NCBI GenBank assembly: GCA_035221665.1
Contig: CM069143.1
Span: 18,228,001-18,292,000, forward strand
Direction: 5' to 3'
Length of the DNA stretch: 64,000 nt
Source of the DNA: Okamejei kenojei
Taxonomy: Eukaryota
A program made the translations under genes and the position numbers. Shown piece by piece: positions 38,076-51,596 of the stretch. Numbering within the stretch: position 1 is the first letter of the stretch; every line of letters starts with the position of its first letter. The notes beneath the pieces are model-generated. The model saw only the letters and a list, made by a program, of their open reading frames with translations. It searched no databases and had not been told where the DNA came from.

Positions 38076-38874
38076 GTGCGCTACAATGCAGCGCATATAG
38101 TCAACTTGGCCAAGGGTATGGTGGCCTAAGGCCTTCATCTAGAAATGCGTATATATCCATTGCTGTACAGTAAAATTCAACTAACCGAGTAAAATCATTG
38201 AAATGTGTATGGTTTCACTTGGCTCTGAAAATTTGAAGAAGCCATCCTTTTACAATTGGTAAATTCCATAACTTTTTGCACCATTTACTTTTTTCAGATT
38301 AATTGGAAGAATAAAGTATTCAGTTCATCTGATTCATCTTTATGCTGATTAATGAAAACATTTAATAAAACTTGTAAGTTCACTTCTTTATCTCACTCAG
38401 AAAATAATATTAATGGCCTTGGAAATTTAAAAAAGAAGAGAGGGCAAGCTTTCTATTTTTCTAATGACTGAGAAACATGTACTACTGGAGTTCTACTGCA
38501 TTTCTGCATAATAACGTAAAGTAAGCACATCGTAAGTCAATGTTCACCTGTACCTTTATTAATGGTTCAACACTGCCCTCTTCAGTTGGATACAGTGCAT
38601 TACATAATTTTCTCTTTAACCATCTGATGCCAGGAGAAGGTCACACAAATTCACATGAACACACCATATTAGACAAATATATCTGCACTGATATCTCTAC
38701 ACAAAATACATCCTGCAATCATCCAAGTATTTTGTCACATCAAAGGAAAGTTGTCTATCCCAAACATATTAAACTTGAGGATTAGTGATAGCTTCAACAT
38801 AAAACAAGTAAGCTCTAAATTCCAGATTTAATTGGAGACCTTTTGTGCAGAGTCAGATATCTACACCCCGTAAC

Positions 38875-39235
38875 AAAGAAACATAGCAAAATAGGTGCAG
38901 GAGTAGGTCAGCACCGTCATTCAATATGATCATGGCTGATCATCTAAAATCAGCACCCCGTTCCTGCTTTTTCCTCATATCCCTTGATTCCTTTATCCCT
39001 AAGAGCTAAATCTAACTCTCTCTTGAAAGCATCCAGTGAATTGGCCTCCACTGTCTTCTGTGGCAGAGCATTCCACAGATACACAACTTTTTGGTTAAAA
39101 AAAATCCTCATCTCAGTCCTAAATGGCCTACCCCTTATTCTTAAAATATGACCCCTGGTTCTGGACTCCCCCAACATCAGGAACATTTTTTTCCTGCATC
39201 TAGCCTGTCCAATCTCTTAAGAATTTTATCTCCCT
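38875..39235 (-). mobile_element. CR1 3' fragment
   Basis: ORF GESRTRGHILRIRGRPFRTEMRIFFNQKVVYLWNALP. Confidence 0.9.
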
Positions 39236-39379
39236 TAAGAATTCAATCATGTTACTTCAGCCTAGAATATCTTTTGATTTTAAGAAAACGCATAAAGAAG
39301 GATGAAGGAGGGAGAGAGTCACACCAATAGGTCACAGATCTCCATCTCACCATGACTGCATCCAGACTGCAAGTCAAAT

Positions 39380-39472
39380 ATAAAAGTTTGGAGGAACTCA
39401 GTGGGTCAGGCAGCATCTGTGGAGGGAATGGACAGATGACATTTTGGGACATTTCAGACCTTTCATTTCAGA
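39380..39472 (-). mobile_element. Penelope-derived short repeat remnant
   Basis: tggaggaactcagtgggtcaggcagcatctgtggagggaatgg. Confidence 0.6.
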
Positions 39473-39669
39473 CATTTTATATAGGTAACTTACAAGAATG
39501 TCACCCAACAACTTTTTTTTGTAATCGTTATCTTGCTTGATTCTTACAGCAGGAGAAAACAGAACCATCCACAAACAAATTGAGGGAGAAAACTAGTTTG
39601 AAATACAAGGAAAATTGTGTAGTAAGAGACCAGCTGTATTTTTTAAAGAATTAATGATCTGTATAACAT

Positions 39670-40425
39670 CAAAATCAGAATCAGAATCAGATTTTATTCG
39701 CCAAGTATGTTTTACAACATATGAGGAATTTCACTGGCCAGGTCATGTGGATGGTTCTGTTTTCTCCTGTAAGAATCAAGCAAGATTACAATTAAAAAAA
39801 CATTTCACTGGCCAGGTCAGTCATACAATTAAAAACAACAGATCACTCAAAACACATTTTAACAAAAACATCCACCACAGTGACTTCTACACATTCCTCA
39901 CTGTGATGGAAGGTGAAATAAAGTTCAAGTCCTTTCCCTTAGTTCCTTCTCGGTCGTGGGCCTCGAGCCCCCATTGACGGGACGGTCTTGACTCCCGTAG
40001 CCGGCGGCGTTCGGGCCCTCTGCATCGCGGCGCATCGAGAGGATGTCAACTCCCCCGGGCGAACAAACCTCGCGTCAGGGCTGGACAAACCTTCTGCTGT
40101 GTTGGAGCTCCCGACCAGCCTCACCCGAGACTGCGAGCCCTTGGTGTTGATTCCACGGTGGTCGCGGCAGGAGCGATCCCAGGCAAGGGATCAGCTTCGA
40201 TGGTAAGTCAGCGCCCCGCGGTGGGGCTCACGACAGTCCGAGGACGCTTCCAGCTCCATCGAATGTGATCCGAAAAATGATCACATCTCCGAGAAGGTAG
40301 GAATCTAAAAAAAAGTATCTCCCGATCCCCTCCCCCTCACACAAAACAAACCGAGCAACATTAAAGCACACTTTCAACAAACGCTAAAAATTTAAAAAAG
40401 ATGAAAAAACCAGCGCCCCTGGTGG
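39670..40425 (-). mobile_element. Non-coding GC-rich retroposon with a (TCTGAT)n tail
   Basis: aatcagaatcagaatcagattttatt tail (rc). Shares the catccaccacag...cacattcctcactgtgatggaagg module with 31160-31931. Confidence 0.65.
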
Positions 40426-40790
40426 TCAGCAGTTTTGTCTCTGGGTTAGTAAAAGATACTGCCTTCAAAACATTTTTTTTTTTTTTGATTAGAAGTATGC
40501 ACATTACATTTTAATCGTACCATTTTACAGGTTCCCAGAATTATTAAAACATTATTTGTACAACTTCCTTTTTTATAAAAAAAACATTTTTTTTAGAAAG
40601 AAATGAGAAAGAAAGTAGTGAAGAGTGAAGAATAGACTAGTGAGTGTAGAGTGAAGAAAGAAATGTGAGAAAGTAAAGCAGAAAGGAGATTCTCCCACGC
40701 AACCAGTCGATGTTGTTTTTTTTAATATTCTTAGTCAATTTTCAGTCAAACCCAGAATTTTTAATTTTATGATGATATTACACCACATGA

Positions 40791-42034
40791 TTACACAAGG
40801 TCAATAAATGGAGACAAACTCATTAAGAATTGGTCTTTTTTTTCTATTAGGAGGAGTCTCATTTCTTCCAAATGTGCCGTTTCCAACATATTACCAATCC
40901 ACATTTTGAGTGTTGGTATAGTAGCCTTTTTCCAAAATTTAAGTATGAGTTTTTTCGCTATTATTAAACCATAGTTAAAAAATAAGATTTGGGATATATT
41001 TAATTTATTTACATCTCCAAAGATAATCATTTCCATGCTAGGTTCCATTTTTATCTTATATAAACTAGTGAATATATCAAATATATCACACCAAAAACTT
41101 TGAAGGTTTATTCAAGAAACGAAAGAGTGTGTAAGATTGGCATTTTGAGAAAGACATTTATCACAAATTGGTGAGATATTTGAATAAAATTCATTCAACC
41201 TAACTTTTGAATAATATAGTCTGTGTAATATTTTAAATTGAATTAAATTATGTCTAGAGTTTATCGAACATTTATGTATATATATCAAAAACCTCTCCCA
41301 TATTTCTTTAGAAATTTTTATCATTAAATCTTTTTCCCAATCTTCTCTAATTGCCTCTGTTGAAGGCAATTCTCTATTAAGAATACTGTTATATAGATAT
41401 GATATTAATTGTTGTGAGTCCGCCTTAATATTCATTGCTTCTTCCAGTGGGTCTATTGTTATATTCTGTAATCTTGGTATATATTTTTTTATGAAGTCAC
41501 ATATCTGTAAATATTTAAAGTATTGGTTATTATTCAAATTAAATTTTTGATTTTAATTGTTGAAATGATAATAAATTTCCCATTTCATACATGTCACCCA
41601 ACTTTTTAATTCCCAGTCTTTCCAATTGTCTATATGTTTTATCCATAATAGATGGTTTAAATATCGGGTTATTCACTATTGGTGTTAATGAAGATAAGTT
41701 TCTTAATTTTAAATTTAATTTTATTTGTTTCCAAATTCGAATTATATTGTGTATAATTGGATTCTTCTTATATAATATATTATTCAATTTTATCGGAGAG
41801 AAGAGGATCGCTCCTAAATCATAAGGGAAACAATCCTCTTTTTCCATTCTTATCCATTCCATCTGTTGAGAAGGACAATCCAACCAATAATAATATTCGT
41901 AATATGCACTGCCCAATAATAATATAAAAAATTAGGCAGTGTAAGTCCCCCTACATCTTTAGGTTTACACAAATGATTTCTTTTAATTCTATGTGCTTTG
42001 TAGTCCCATATAAAATTAGTAATATTAGACTCTA

Positions 42035-42074
<40 letters not shown>

Positions 42075-44658
42075 GTATAATATATTGGTATGGATTGAAA
42101 TAAATATAATATTTATGGTAGCACTATCATTTTTATAGCATTTATTCTGTTGGTTTATTCTGCCAATTAATGATAGTGGGAGCGTTTTCCAAAATGTAAT
42201 CAAAGCGTTCAATTTATTTAACAGAGGACTAAAATTAGCGTTAAATAATGATTTATATCTTCTGGTAACTTGAATACCTAAATACTTAAATTTTTCTGTT
42301 GCAATTTTAAATGGAAATTTTAATAGATGATTCACTTTCTGAGGATGTAATGACACAATTTCACTTTTATTCCAATTTATCTATATTTGTTCTCCAGAAA
42401 ATGAACCAATCCTCTATTACATTTAATACATTCGGATACTCGTTTCTGAATTTATAATATGTACACTAGAACAAAGCGAGTATATCATCACACGCTGCGC
42501 ATAAAAAGAAATTTATAAATAGAGTCCTTAGAATTAATTATCCCTGAATATTCGATGAGTTCTTATCATTTCAGCCAGTGGCTCAATCATAAGGGCAAAT
42601 ACCAGGGGTGATAAAACACATCCCTGCCTATTGCCCCGTGATAGTTGGAATTTTTGAGACAATGTAATATTAGTTAATATTCTTGCTGTTGGTTTATCGT
42701 ATAATAATTTTTACCCATCTAATAAAATTATCTCCCATATAAATTTTTGGAGCACTGTATAAAAATACTGCCACACTACCTGATCAAAATGCTTTTTTTT
42801 ACTGCATCCAAAGATATAACTGATAAGTCTTCCTTTTCCCATTTATGTGAATACATTATATTATAAAGTCGTCTCAAATTGTTAAATGATTGTCTTTTGG
42901 GTATAAAACCCCGTTTGTCCTGGTTTATGCAATTTAATTAATATATTGCTCATCTTCTTGCTAAAATTTTGCTAAAATGTTTTGGTCTGTATTTAAAAGT
43001 GATATAGCTCTATACGAGCCCGGATCTTCTAGATCTTTATCTTTTTTTGGTATAAGCGTAATTGTAGATTCTGCTAAAGTTTCTGGTAAGTTCTTATCGG
43101 TAAAAGCATACCTGTATAATTTAAGTAATCGTGGGACCATTAACTCCTGAAATCTTTTATAAAATTGATTAATAAAACCTTCAGGCCCTGGAGTCTTCCC
43201 ATTTTTCAATTCCTTTATTGTTTCTCTTATTTCTTCACTTGAAATCTGGGCTCCTAATTCCTCTTGTTCTAAGATATCCAATTTTGGCAAGTTACACTTA
43301 TCTAAAAAAATGTATAATTTTATTGTCTTCAATGTTAGTTTTAGATGTATATAAATTCTTGATAAAATTGAGCAAACCTTTTGTTAAATGTTTTATTTCC
43401 TTAGGTAAACTTAATAGTTCCCCTTCTCTGATTTGATTTTACTAATTGTTTTTTTTCCTTTTCTTTTTCTTTCAATTGTCGTGCTAGAATTCAGTAAGTT
43501 CCCAATTCAAATTGTACTTGTTTTGTGATCTGAAATAATCGTATTACTCTTGCCGAGATAATATTTCGATTAAAGTTTTAAATTTCTGTAATGTTATCTT
43601 ATAATGTTTATCTATCATTGGTCTTTTGCATTCCTAATTCAAATAATTTAAATTTCCTTTTTCTAACGTCCCTTTGTTCTGTCCTGTTTTTTTTTTTTAT
43701 TTAGAAAACTTTGATAATAAATTTATAACTGCACGAATGAATGCCTTAAAAGATTCCCATAATAAAGATGGTGAAATCCCACTGGGTCTCATTTTTTCAA
43801 AAAAAAATTATAATAAATAAAACTTGTTGTTTTAAAATACTCATAACCTTGTGAGTCGTTAGCTATTTGTTGTGTGTTAAATCACCAAAAGAATGTTGTA
43901 CCTGTCATTCCCTCAAGTTTTAAAGTAAAAGTCAGCGGGGAGTGATCAGAAATAATACTGTTGTGGTATTTAGGATTAATCGTATATGGTATTAGTTTTG
44001 AGTCCACTAAAAATTAATCAATTCTTGAATATGTTTTGTGTACTGATGAGTAAAACGAATATTCCCTTCCAGTTGGGTTAGTTATTCTCCATAAATCTAT
44101 TATATTAGTGTTTTTTATATAAGTGTTTAAGAATTCACTAGACTTGAATTTAGCACTACCCTTCCTAAATGTTGTTGATTTGTCTAAGTATGAATCTATA
44201 ACACAAGTAAAGTCCCCCCCAGTATTTTGAAAATTATACTCATCTATTTGATCCATAATTTTCTTAAAAAATTGGGGATTATCAAAGTTTGGAGCGTAAA
44301 TATTTATCAGAGTCAGTGGAGTGGAATAAATTTCTCCCACCACTATCGTGTATCTTCCTTCTTTATCAGATATTGTATTCTTTAATCTAACGGTATATAC
44401 CTTTTCCGAAAAATAATAGCGTTCCTCTGGCTTTAGCAGTAAATGACGAATGATACGTTTGGCCTATCCAGTTTGCCATAAATCTCATCTGTGTTTGTAG
44501 TGTTGTATGCGTTTCTTGCAAAGAAACGCTATATCCACCTTCAAAGCTTTTAAATGGCCATAATCTTGCCCCTTTTAATTGGATCATTCACACCTCCTAA
44601 TATTCCAACTACAAAATGTTGACTCTCCTCCATTCTTATTTTCCTTATTGTCCTGCAT
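40791..44658 (-). pseudogene. L1 ORF2 (APE endonuclease, RT, zinc knuckle), frameshifted
   Basis: Motifs SWNIR, LQETH, LINIYAPN, GGDF, YSRID, GKTPGPEG, YRAISLLNTD, RGNRQGC, FKYLGI, QFKILHRLY, CDKC..H. Confidence 0.92.
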
Positions 44659-45969
44659 TCTATAAATCGGTTTTTGTAATTTTACTTCATGTGGTGTAAT
44701 TAGGTAACTCAGACTTTTGGGTATATGGGTATCATCCCACACTTCTGACATTATTTTTACTCTCTCCTCCGTATATTGAACCACCATAAGAAAAAGAGAA
44801 AGGTGTGATGAACAAAATAGTGATGAAAAAAAGAAAAATCGTTAAATAAGCCACATAAGAGTAAATGCAACAACAACAAAAAAAACCACGTTGATTTAAG
44901 GGAATCAAAAAGGTGATACCCAAAATACACCATCTATAACTGGCTAAAATTTGATAAGTGACCTCCGAAAGATGGAATTATACATGAGTTCAGCCACCTA
45001 AAATACATTGGGATTATAATAAACTACATGCTGTTTCATCTAAATAAAATATCTTAATATGTCTTAATATATCTAAGGAAAAAAAAAGTCATCCTTAATT
45101 GATTCAAATAAACACAATTCTCTTCTACCCCGCGAATTTTTAACCCTTCAAAGTATGTTATCTCTGCGCTCAGTATCACCGAGTCCTAGTCAATAAATAG
45201 AAAATATGTAGAACATCCACTGCCCTGTCCCTGTCCGAAATACATGCGCTATTCAATCAGTACTTAATTACCGACATGTTTCGGAGAGGTTGCATTTGTT
45301 ATCTTAATACAACCATCTTCCAGAGCCAGATGTTCGACATCGCCGTCCGCCTCTGAACTTTTTCCACATTGTTAACCAACGAATACTCTTTCTTCCCACA
45401 ATGTTTAAGACGTGTGTTCTAATATTCTTATAGAGAGAGACCCACTTGAGGCCGCGAATCTGAGGACGCTCGGGGGAGAGACACGAAGTATGTTGTCAGT
45501 CGTACAAGAGGCGGGAGCTATCGCATGCGCCGTATTTCTTTCTCTTTACAACCAAGTTAACCTTAATCTCCGCTCCTATAATCCATTAGGTTGAAATACC
45601 TTGAATCCTCATATTAGTATATAACATTACTATAATAGCATAACCATTAATTAGTGATATTAAGTTTATATAGTTAATTAATTCTTTACATTATCATATA
45701 TACTTATGTAATTATAAAACATTTCTTAAGTCCATAATGTCGCCTGTGATTTTATTTCAATCTGATCGTGTTGTTTCAAAACGTTCTTTCAGTTATTTCT
45801 CCTTCTCCTTATTCTGTTCAAAGGTTGAAACCAGGGCCTGCTTATTTGCATACACATTCCTGACAGATAAGCCTGTCTGGTTAATGTCTAGAGCAAGTTA
45901 CCATTGTCTTAATTACAGCACACAATTCCAAAACAATAGCGCAACATTAAAACACTCATCCGCTTTTAC

Positions 45970-46504
45970 TTATCCAGAGGTTTTTTCTATTTTCTTTACA
46001 ATTTCTTGTGCCTTTAAATAAATGCCCAAATCCGGGTCTGTGAAGGCGCGTTGAATAGAGTTATAATTAATTTTCATTTTCGCGGGAAACACTACTCCAT
46101 ATTTCACCTCTGATTTGCCTTGCAGAATGCTGCTTACTCTTTTAAATTTATTTCTTTTTTCCAGTATTTCGCGTGGGTAGTCTCTGTAGAATCTGACAAT
46201 TCCTCCATCAAATGTAAGCCTCTCCCCATGTGGTATCATCTTCATAAGTTTATCCAAACTTAAAATGTCCAAAACTTTCACAATAATCTGTCTTGGGGGC
46301 GCATTTATTTCAAACATTCAAACTGTTCCTTTGATTCAGCACGCGCAGCCTCTGTTTTCTTGGAGAGATTAACCTCCATTTTAGATAATTTGCTCTCCAG
46401 TATCTTGTTCATATTAGTGAGCATTTTGGAGAATTCCTTAGTAAGATCTACGGTAAGATCTTTAGTAAGATTAGCTCTTACCGTTTCTTCCCACTGCTTC
46501 ATCT
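45970..46504 (-). pseudogene. L1 ORF1 fragments (coiled coil, then RRM end and CTD); internal deletion
   Basis: Heptad-rich segment joined out of frame to PRQIIVK...RFYRDYP...KYGVVFPAKMKI. Confidence 0.8.
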
Positions 46505-47261
46505 CTTCAAAACATTTAAATGCATAAATATTGTGATGCTTGCGCAGAAACATGCTTGGGGTAAATGAGCTTGACATTTTAGACTAAAGGTAATTAGTGG
46601 CAGGGCTGCACACCATTTCTGAATCATTTGCTCAGACCTGGTTTGATTAATTAATATCTGTCACAGATTTTATTGTTAGCAGCACACTGAGAAATGAGAT
46701 ACTGGACATTCAGATGACTTCAGTGATAATTATGCTGTTTGAATTATTTATACAACACTTACATTTAAGCTATTATTATGTGCTTGGAATTGCCAACAAA
46801 CTGAACTTTCCAAGTTTATTTTGTTAAATGTCCGTTTTGACAATAAATATGCATATTCAGGATGAAAGGAATAAAAATGGACATTCAAAATTATAATGAA
46901 GTGTACATTTTCCTGCAGCGGTATTTCATTTAATGTAATCAAACCAAATGAATCTTGCCAATATAGGGCCATGTTTATTCAGAATAAATGCTTTGAAATC
47001 TCTGTTAAACAGAAGACAGAAACTCAGTATAACCATGATAAACAATGTGAGTTGTATATGGCTTAATTCTTCATTTTCTCTGTGATTTTGAAACTGATAA
47101 GTGTTAAATCATATCATATGTTGCCACCCAGTGCCACAGCCACTGGCACCAGAAAAGGAATCATAATTAACTGGTACACTTCCATTTCACTAGTTTTCAG
47201 TGTCTTTGTTTGTTACTTTCCACTGTTAAGTTCCTCCAAACGTTGTATTTTGATGATTATC

Positions 47262-47290
47262 ATGATGACAATGACGATGATGATGATGAT
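47262..47290. repeat. (ATG)n microsatellite, imperfect
   Basis: atgatgacaatgacgatgatgatgatgat. Confidence 0.8.
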
Positions 47291-49499
47291 ACATTTGCTC
47301 AAATATCTAACATTTGCAGTCACTTTGTTGACACGTCTTTTCAGATGAATTGTTTTTCTCAGTTACTTATGCTTCCTTTTACTTTCTAACTCAAGGGCAT
47401 AATGTAGTTGGAGCCTTCATTATTTAACTGGTTGGAGTACGGCTTAGTACAGTATCTGTGAATCCAGCCCTAAAGATCAGAAGGCTCAAACTTTGGTCAG
47501 CAATTGGAATTGAGTAGTCTGAATTTCACCACAGTAGCAGTGGGACCCCAGCAATTAGCTTTAATGTCATTGGACTAGGAAGCTTTGAAAACAGGAAAAG
47601 AGAAGCAAAGGCAATCAAACCAGCAAAAAGCGAGTTGAAGATAACGGCGGGACCCTAATTATAATTTTGGTAGGAAGATTTACTATTGATACATCACAGT
47701 CATGGGGTCGTAGATTTTCTAGACCTCACTGTTTGACATGGGATTGAAGAGAAGTTCATCTTCAATTTATTCCCACTCTGATTGAACCTTTGGGGGTTCT
47801 GACAGGGTTGGCATTTTTGAGGTATTGTATTAAGCACTGAACATTACCTACAATCATAGCTTTGAGAAAACTAATGGATCAATTAATTTAGACTAGGCAG
47901 TTATTTGCAATTTAATTTCATTTCTGGTTCTATAATGCACCCCTGGTTCAAAGTCAGGAATATGTGCAATTAGAAATTGTGCCACTTTACTAGTTTTGTG
48001 AGAAAATAATACAATTATACAATTAACCTACTTGATGGATTTCAGAACATAGCAATTACCGTGGACAGCAAAATCCATTTGATTAGTATCCAAGGATAAT
48101 TAAATGTTACATTTCGACAACTCCGCCTTTTAAAAATGTTATGCCAAAATATAATCTGAATATTTGTAAAAAGATCATTGTAATGGTTGCATTTTTAATC
48201 ACTCGATATAAATTCTAGCATATATGAATCAATGCCAACACCAAGCATTTTTATGACAGGGTTGCTGCCACTGTCAGATTAAGAACAATGGTTGCACTAA
48301 ACTGTGACAAAGAAACAAAGTAACACTTCAAAAACAAAAAACTTTTTTACCATGAGCATTTTAGAATTACAATATATTTTTTTTTTTTCACAGCATCAGC
48401 CATTCTAACTTGCATAGCATTTATGGTTAATAAGTTAGTTCATTTGCTCAAGATTTTTATTTTCACAATAGACTTTTTAAAAAAAGATTGCTTTAGATCT
48501 TTCGCTATTGATTGAATTTCATTGACTCTCAAGATCATGATTCAGATTTGAGTCAGCAACATAATATTTGATTATTAATGCTAAGGAGCAATTAATCCAC
48601 AAGTAAAATAAAATGTTGTAAATGTACTGTTTATTTGAAATTCAGGGTTGTACAAAATAAATTTCCAGCCCTTCAGACACCAACCACAGTTTATTAATAG
48701 TAACAATAAGTCACCAGTACCTTTCCCCAAATGAATGCTGTTGTATTTGCAGATTACTAATATACTGGCACCAAACATCGATAGACATGTTCCAGAAACT
48801 AAACCTTATCCTCATTTTTATCACAGGTTGCAGGAGCCAAGCTGCTGATCTATTGACAAAGGCTGCAATGAAAGCCTCAAGCCACTACAAAATTCACATG
48901 GAAAGTGCACAGCTCACAGTTAGAAACTTAGGCCCTGAATTTTTTTCTTAGACCCAGTTGTGTTTCATTATAATGATATATAACACGTGCAATATTGTTA
49001 ATATATAAAGTTTCTCGGAAATAATAGGAGGTGACTTCTGCCTGGAGTTTTGTTGTACAATACTAGCACAACTCTGCCTTGGGTGGCCAGTACATGTACA
49101 ACTCAGCATTGCTCAGCCTTCCTTTGCAAGCAATTGCTAATTTGTGGACTTGCACCGTTATTTCTCCTGCAGCAGTTGGACCAAAATTGTTATGTGGATG
49201 ACCCAATAATATGGTAATTCTTAATGAAACTAACTTTTTCCCAACTCTGGAAACCAATGAATTGACAATAAAAACTATATAACCTCAGAAGTTTCTAATT
49301 TGTTTGAATAGTCTCTAATACAACATCTCACATTTTGACAGTTCATTCTTTCTAATATTGCCACTAACAGGGCTGTCACGGTGTAAATCAGTACCTTACA
49401 CCTTATGATGTGAAAATAAGTTGAGAGCATTGTAATAATATGTCCACTGGGCATTCTCTTGCCTCTGATTCTTTTGGACAATCAAATAATCCATAGAGA

Positions 49500-50088
49500 G
49501 GAAGCTGGAGAAACGTAGCGGGTCAGGCAGCATCTATGGAGCGAAGGAATAGGCGGCATTTCGGTTCGAGACCCTTCTTCAGGTGGATGTCGGGGGGGGG
49601 GGGGTGCGGGGAAAAAAGAGGAAGAGGCGGAGACAGTGGGCTGTGGGAGAGCTGGGAAGTGGAGCAGAAGGAGGAAGAAAGCAAGGACTACCTGAAATTG
49701 GAGAAGTCAATGTTCATACCGCTGGGGTGTAAACTAGCGAGGTGTTGGGGTGGAAGATTGCAACCTTCATATGGTCTGCCCTGTTTCGACTAATGCTATC
49801 AACTCGACATGCACAAACGGAAGATCAAATAGAACAAGTTGTCCAACAATTTTAGGCTGTGCACGCCACACGAAAGAAGAAGAAGAAGAAGCGGAGGTGT
49901 TGTACGAAGCAATCGCCAAGCCTGCGCTTGGTCTCACTGATGTAGAGCAGTTGACACCTGGAACAGCGGATGCATTAGATGAAGGTTGAGGAGGTGCACG
50001 TGAACTTCTGCCTCACCTGAAAAGACTGTTTGGGCCCTTGGAGGGGGGAGCTAAAGCAAGAAGTGTAGCATTTTCTGCGGTTGCAAGA
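49500..50088 (-). mobile_element. Penelope-like element remnant (GIY-YIG endonuclease plus pLTR)
   Basis: rc translates CNRRKCYT...QGPKQSFQVRQKFTCTSS...CIRCSRCQLLYISETKRRLGDCF and SLHPSGMNIDFSNFR. Hammerhead-like ctgaagaagggtctcgaaccgaaa at rc 49559-49582. Confidence 0.85.
49748..49890 (+). mobile_element. Short (GAA)n-tailed retroposon insert
   Basis: Ends aaagaagaagaagaagaa; flanked by gcgaggtgttg and gcggaggtgttg. Confidence 0.6.
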
Positions 50089-51533
50089 AATTCTCAGAAA
50101 GGGCATACAGACTGCAGTTCCGCTAAGAAGCAATTAGGTACGTAAGAGCACACTGAAAATCGAAATCTCCTGTCCTTCTCCTGCTTCACCTAATCAGTGA
50201 CAATCGACGGGAAGACTCTCTTGTTTGTGCATCTCTGCTTCCTTCCAGTCAGAAAGAGAAAACTACTCAGGCACTGAAGCAAGGTGCCATCAGCACTTAA
50301 GCAAGGTGTTGTCTTTGAAAAAAAGCCTTCCTCTGTAGGGCACCCAAATTTATTACGAGACATGCTCTTGAAAAGCCGAAAGACAACACTTTTGTGCCAA
50401 CAGGATTATTGGTTTACCCAAGATGCAGTGGGTGATTGACAAAGAAACAAGCTGCTGAACACACCGCATGAGGAACCTGTCACTTCCATCCACAGGAAAG
50501 ATTAATGCTTGCTAAATGTGCTAACCCACTGTGATGCTCAGCTGGGGATTCTGCACAAGATCTCAAATCATCAGTGAACAGTGATGTGTAATCACTGTAT
50601 ATAATATATTGCACTCTTTAAAATATGTCACAGTCAATAAAATACATTTTATTATTATAACATTATGAAATATGAGCAGACTTGATTTTAAAAGTTGTAG
50701 TTCTTATACCTTCTCTTACCACATCCCAACCTGGTTCTGGCTTACGTTGCCATTTATATAAATACCATGGAGTTACCCATTGTTTGGTCTGCCCACAAGA
50801 TCCTATTTCCCAATTGGCTTTAATGCATCATATATGGATCACATTTTTGGCAAATTACAGCATAAAAAATCAATCTTAACAGAGAGCTGAAGGAGTATTG
50901 TGTAACATCAAACATGCTGTTGTGCAAGGTCAAACTGATTATAACAGAAGCAACCTGATGTTGCCCATGAAATTAGATATCTGTGATTTTACACTTTGCA
51001 TAAATATTTCCTGTGGAGAAACAAAAGCATTATACAAATATTACTCCCGAGTTTTGTCTTGTGGAGTTCTTCGGAGTTCTGTATTTAGAAGGGGTAGCTA
51101 CATTTAAATTTGTATTTTGCATTTTCTTTAAGAAATAGAAAGTGTGTGATCCTGATATGACTTTTCAAGTTGATATGCAAGGAGACAAATCAAATAAATC
51201 TTAGAATTGAAGTGTTTATGTCATTTTTTTTAAGGCTGTATGGTACTCTGTCACAGAACAGAAAACTCAGAACGTAATGAGTTCGAGTTGACAAGGCTCA
51301 CAGTGGGGAAGGGAGCATTACGACTTACTTTGTATTCCTGCCCATTATTTTTTGATAAGACATCCTAGGCTGCAATGGTTTATATGCACAAAATCAAATG
51401 TTAAAACATCACTGCACTTGAGATTATGCAGGTTTTATGCAATCTCACTGGGAAGTATTTTCTAGCACATTTGGAGTGCATTGAATTATGTAAATTGACA
51501 TTCGAGATCTTCTGTATAACTATATAAAGTGTA

Positions 51534-51596
51534 ATTTTACTTCAGAGTCACGTGAGTGACTACGTGAAGAAGCCCCGCCTGGTGCTAGAACGGCAT
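51534..51596 (+). repeat. DIRS left ITR
   Basis: 5' part is complementary to ICR 56148-56183; 3' part is complementary to right ITR 56379-56413. Confidence 0.9.

Larger units (their letters stand above)
40476..46504 (-). mobile_element. L1 LINE, 5'-truncated in ORF1, with poly(A) tail and 13-bp TSD
   Basis: Poly-T at 40473-40486. TSD cttcaaaacattt at 40463-40475 and 46505-46517. ORF1 and ORF2 fragments lie between. Confidence 0.92.

Noticed and set aside
46505-46577. MSSSFTPSMF... as the L1 ORF1 N-terminus
   Set aside because: It lies at or beyond the TSD (46505-46517), so it is flanking DNA that is in frame by chance.
46600-51500. Host exons in the non-repetitive AT-rich stretches (also 27850-28450, 34250-35600, 60300-61050)
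   Set aside because: Only short ORFs with no recognisable domain or convincing splice-bounded frame. Small exons or conserved non-coding elements cannot be excluded without alignment.
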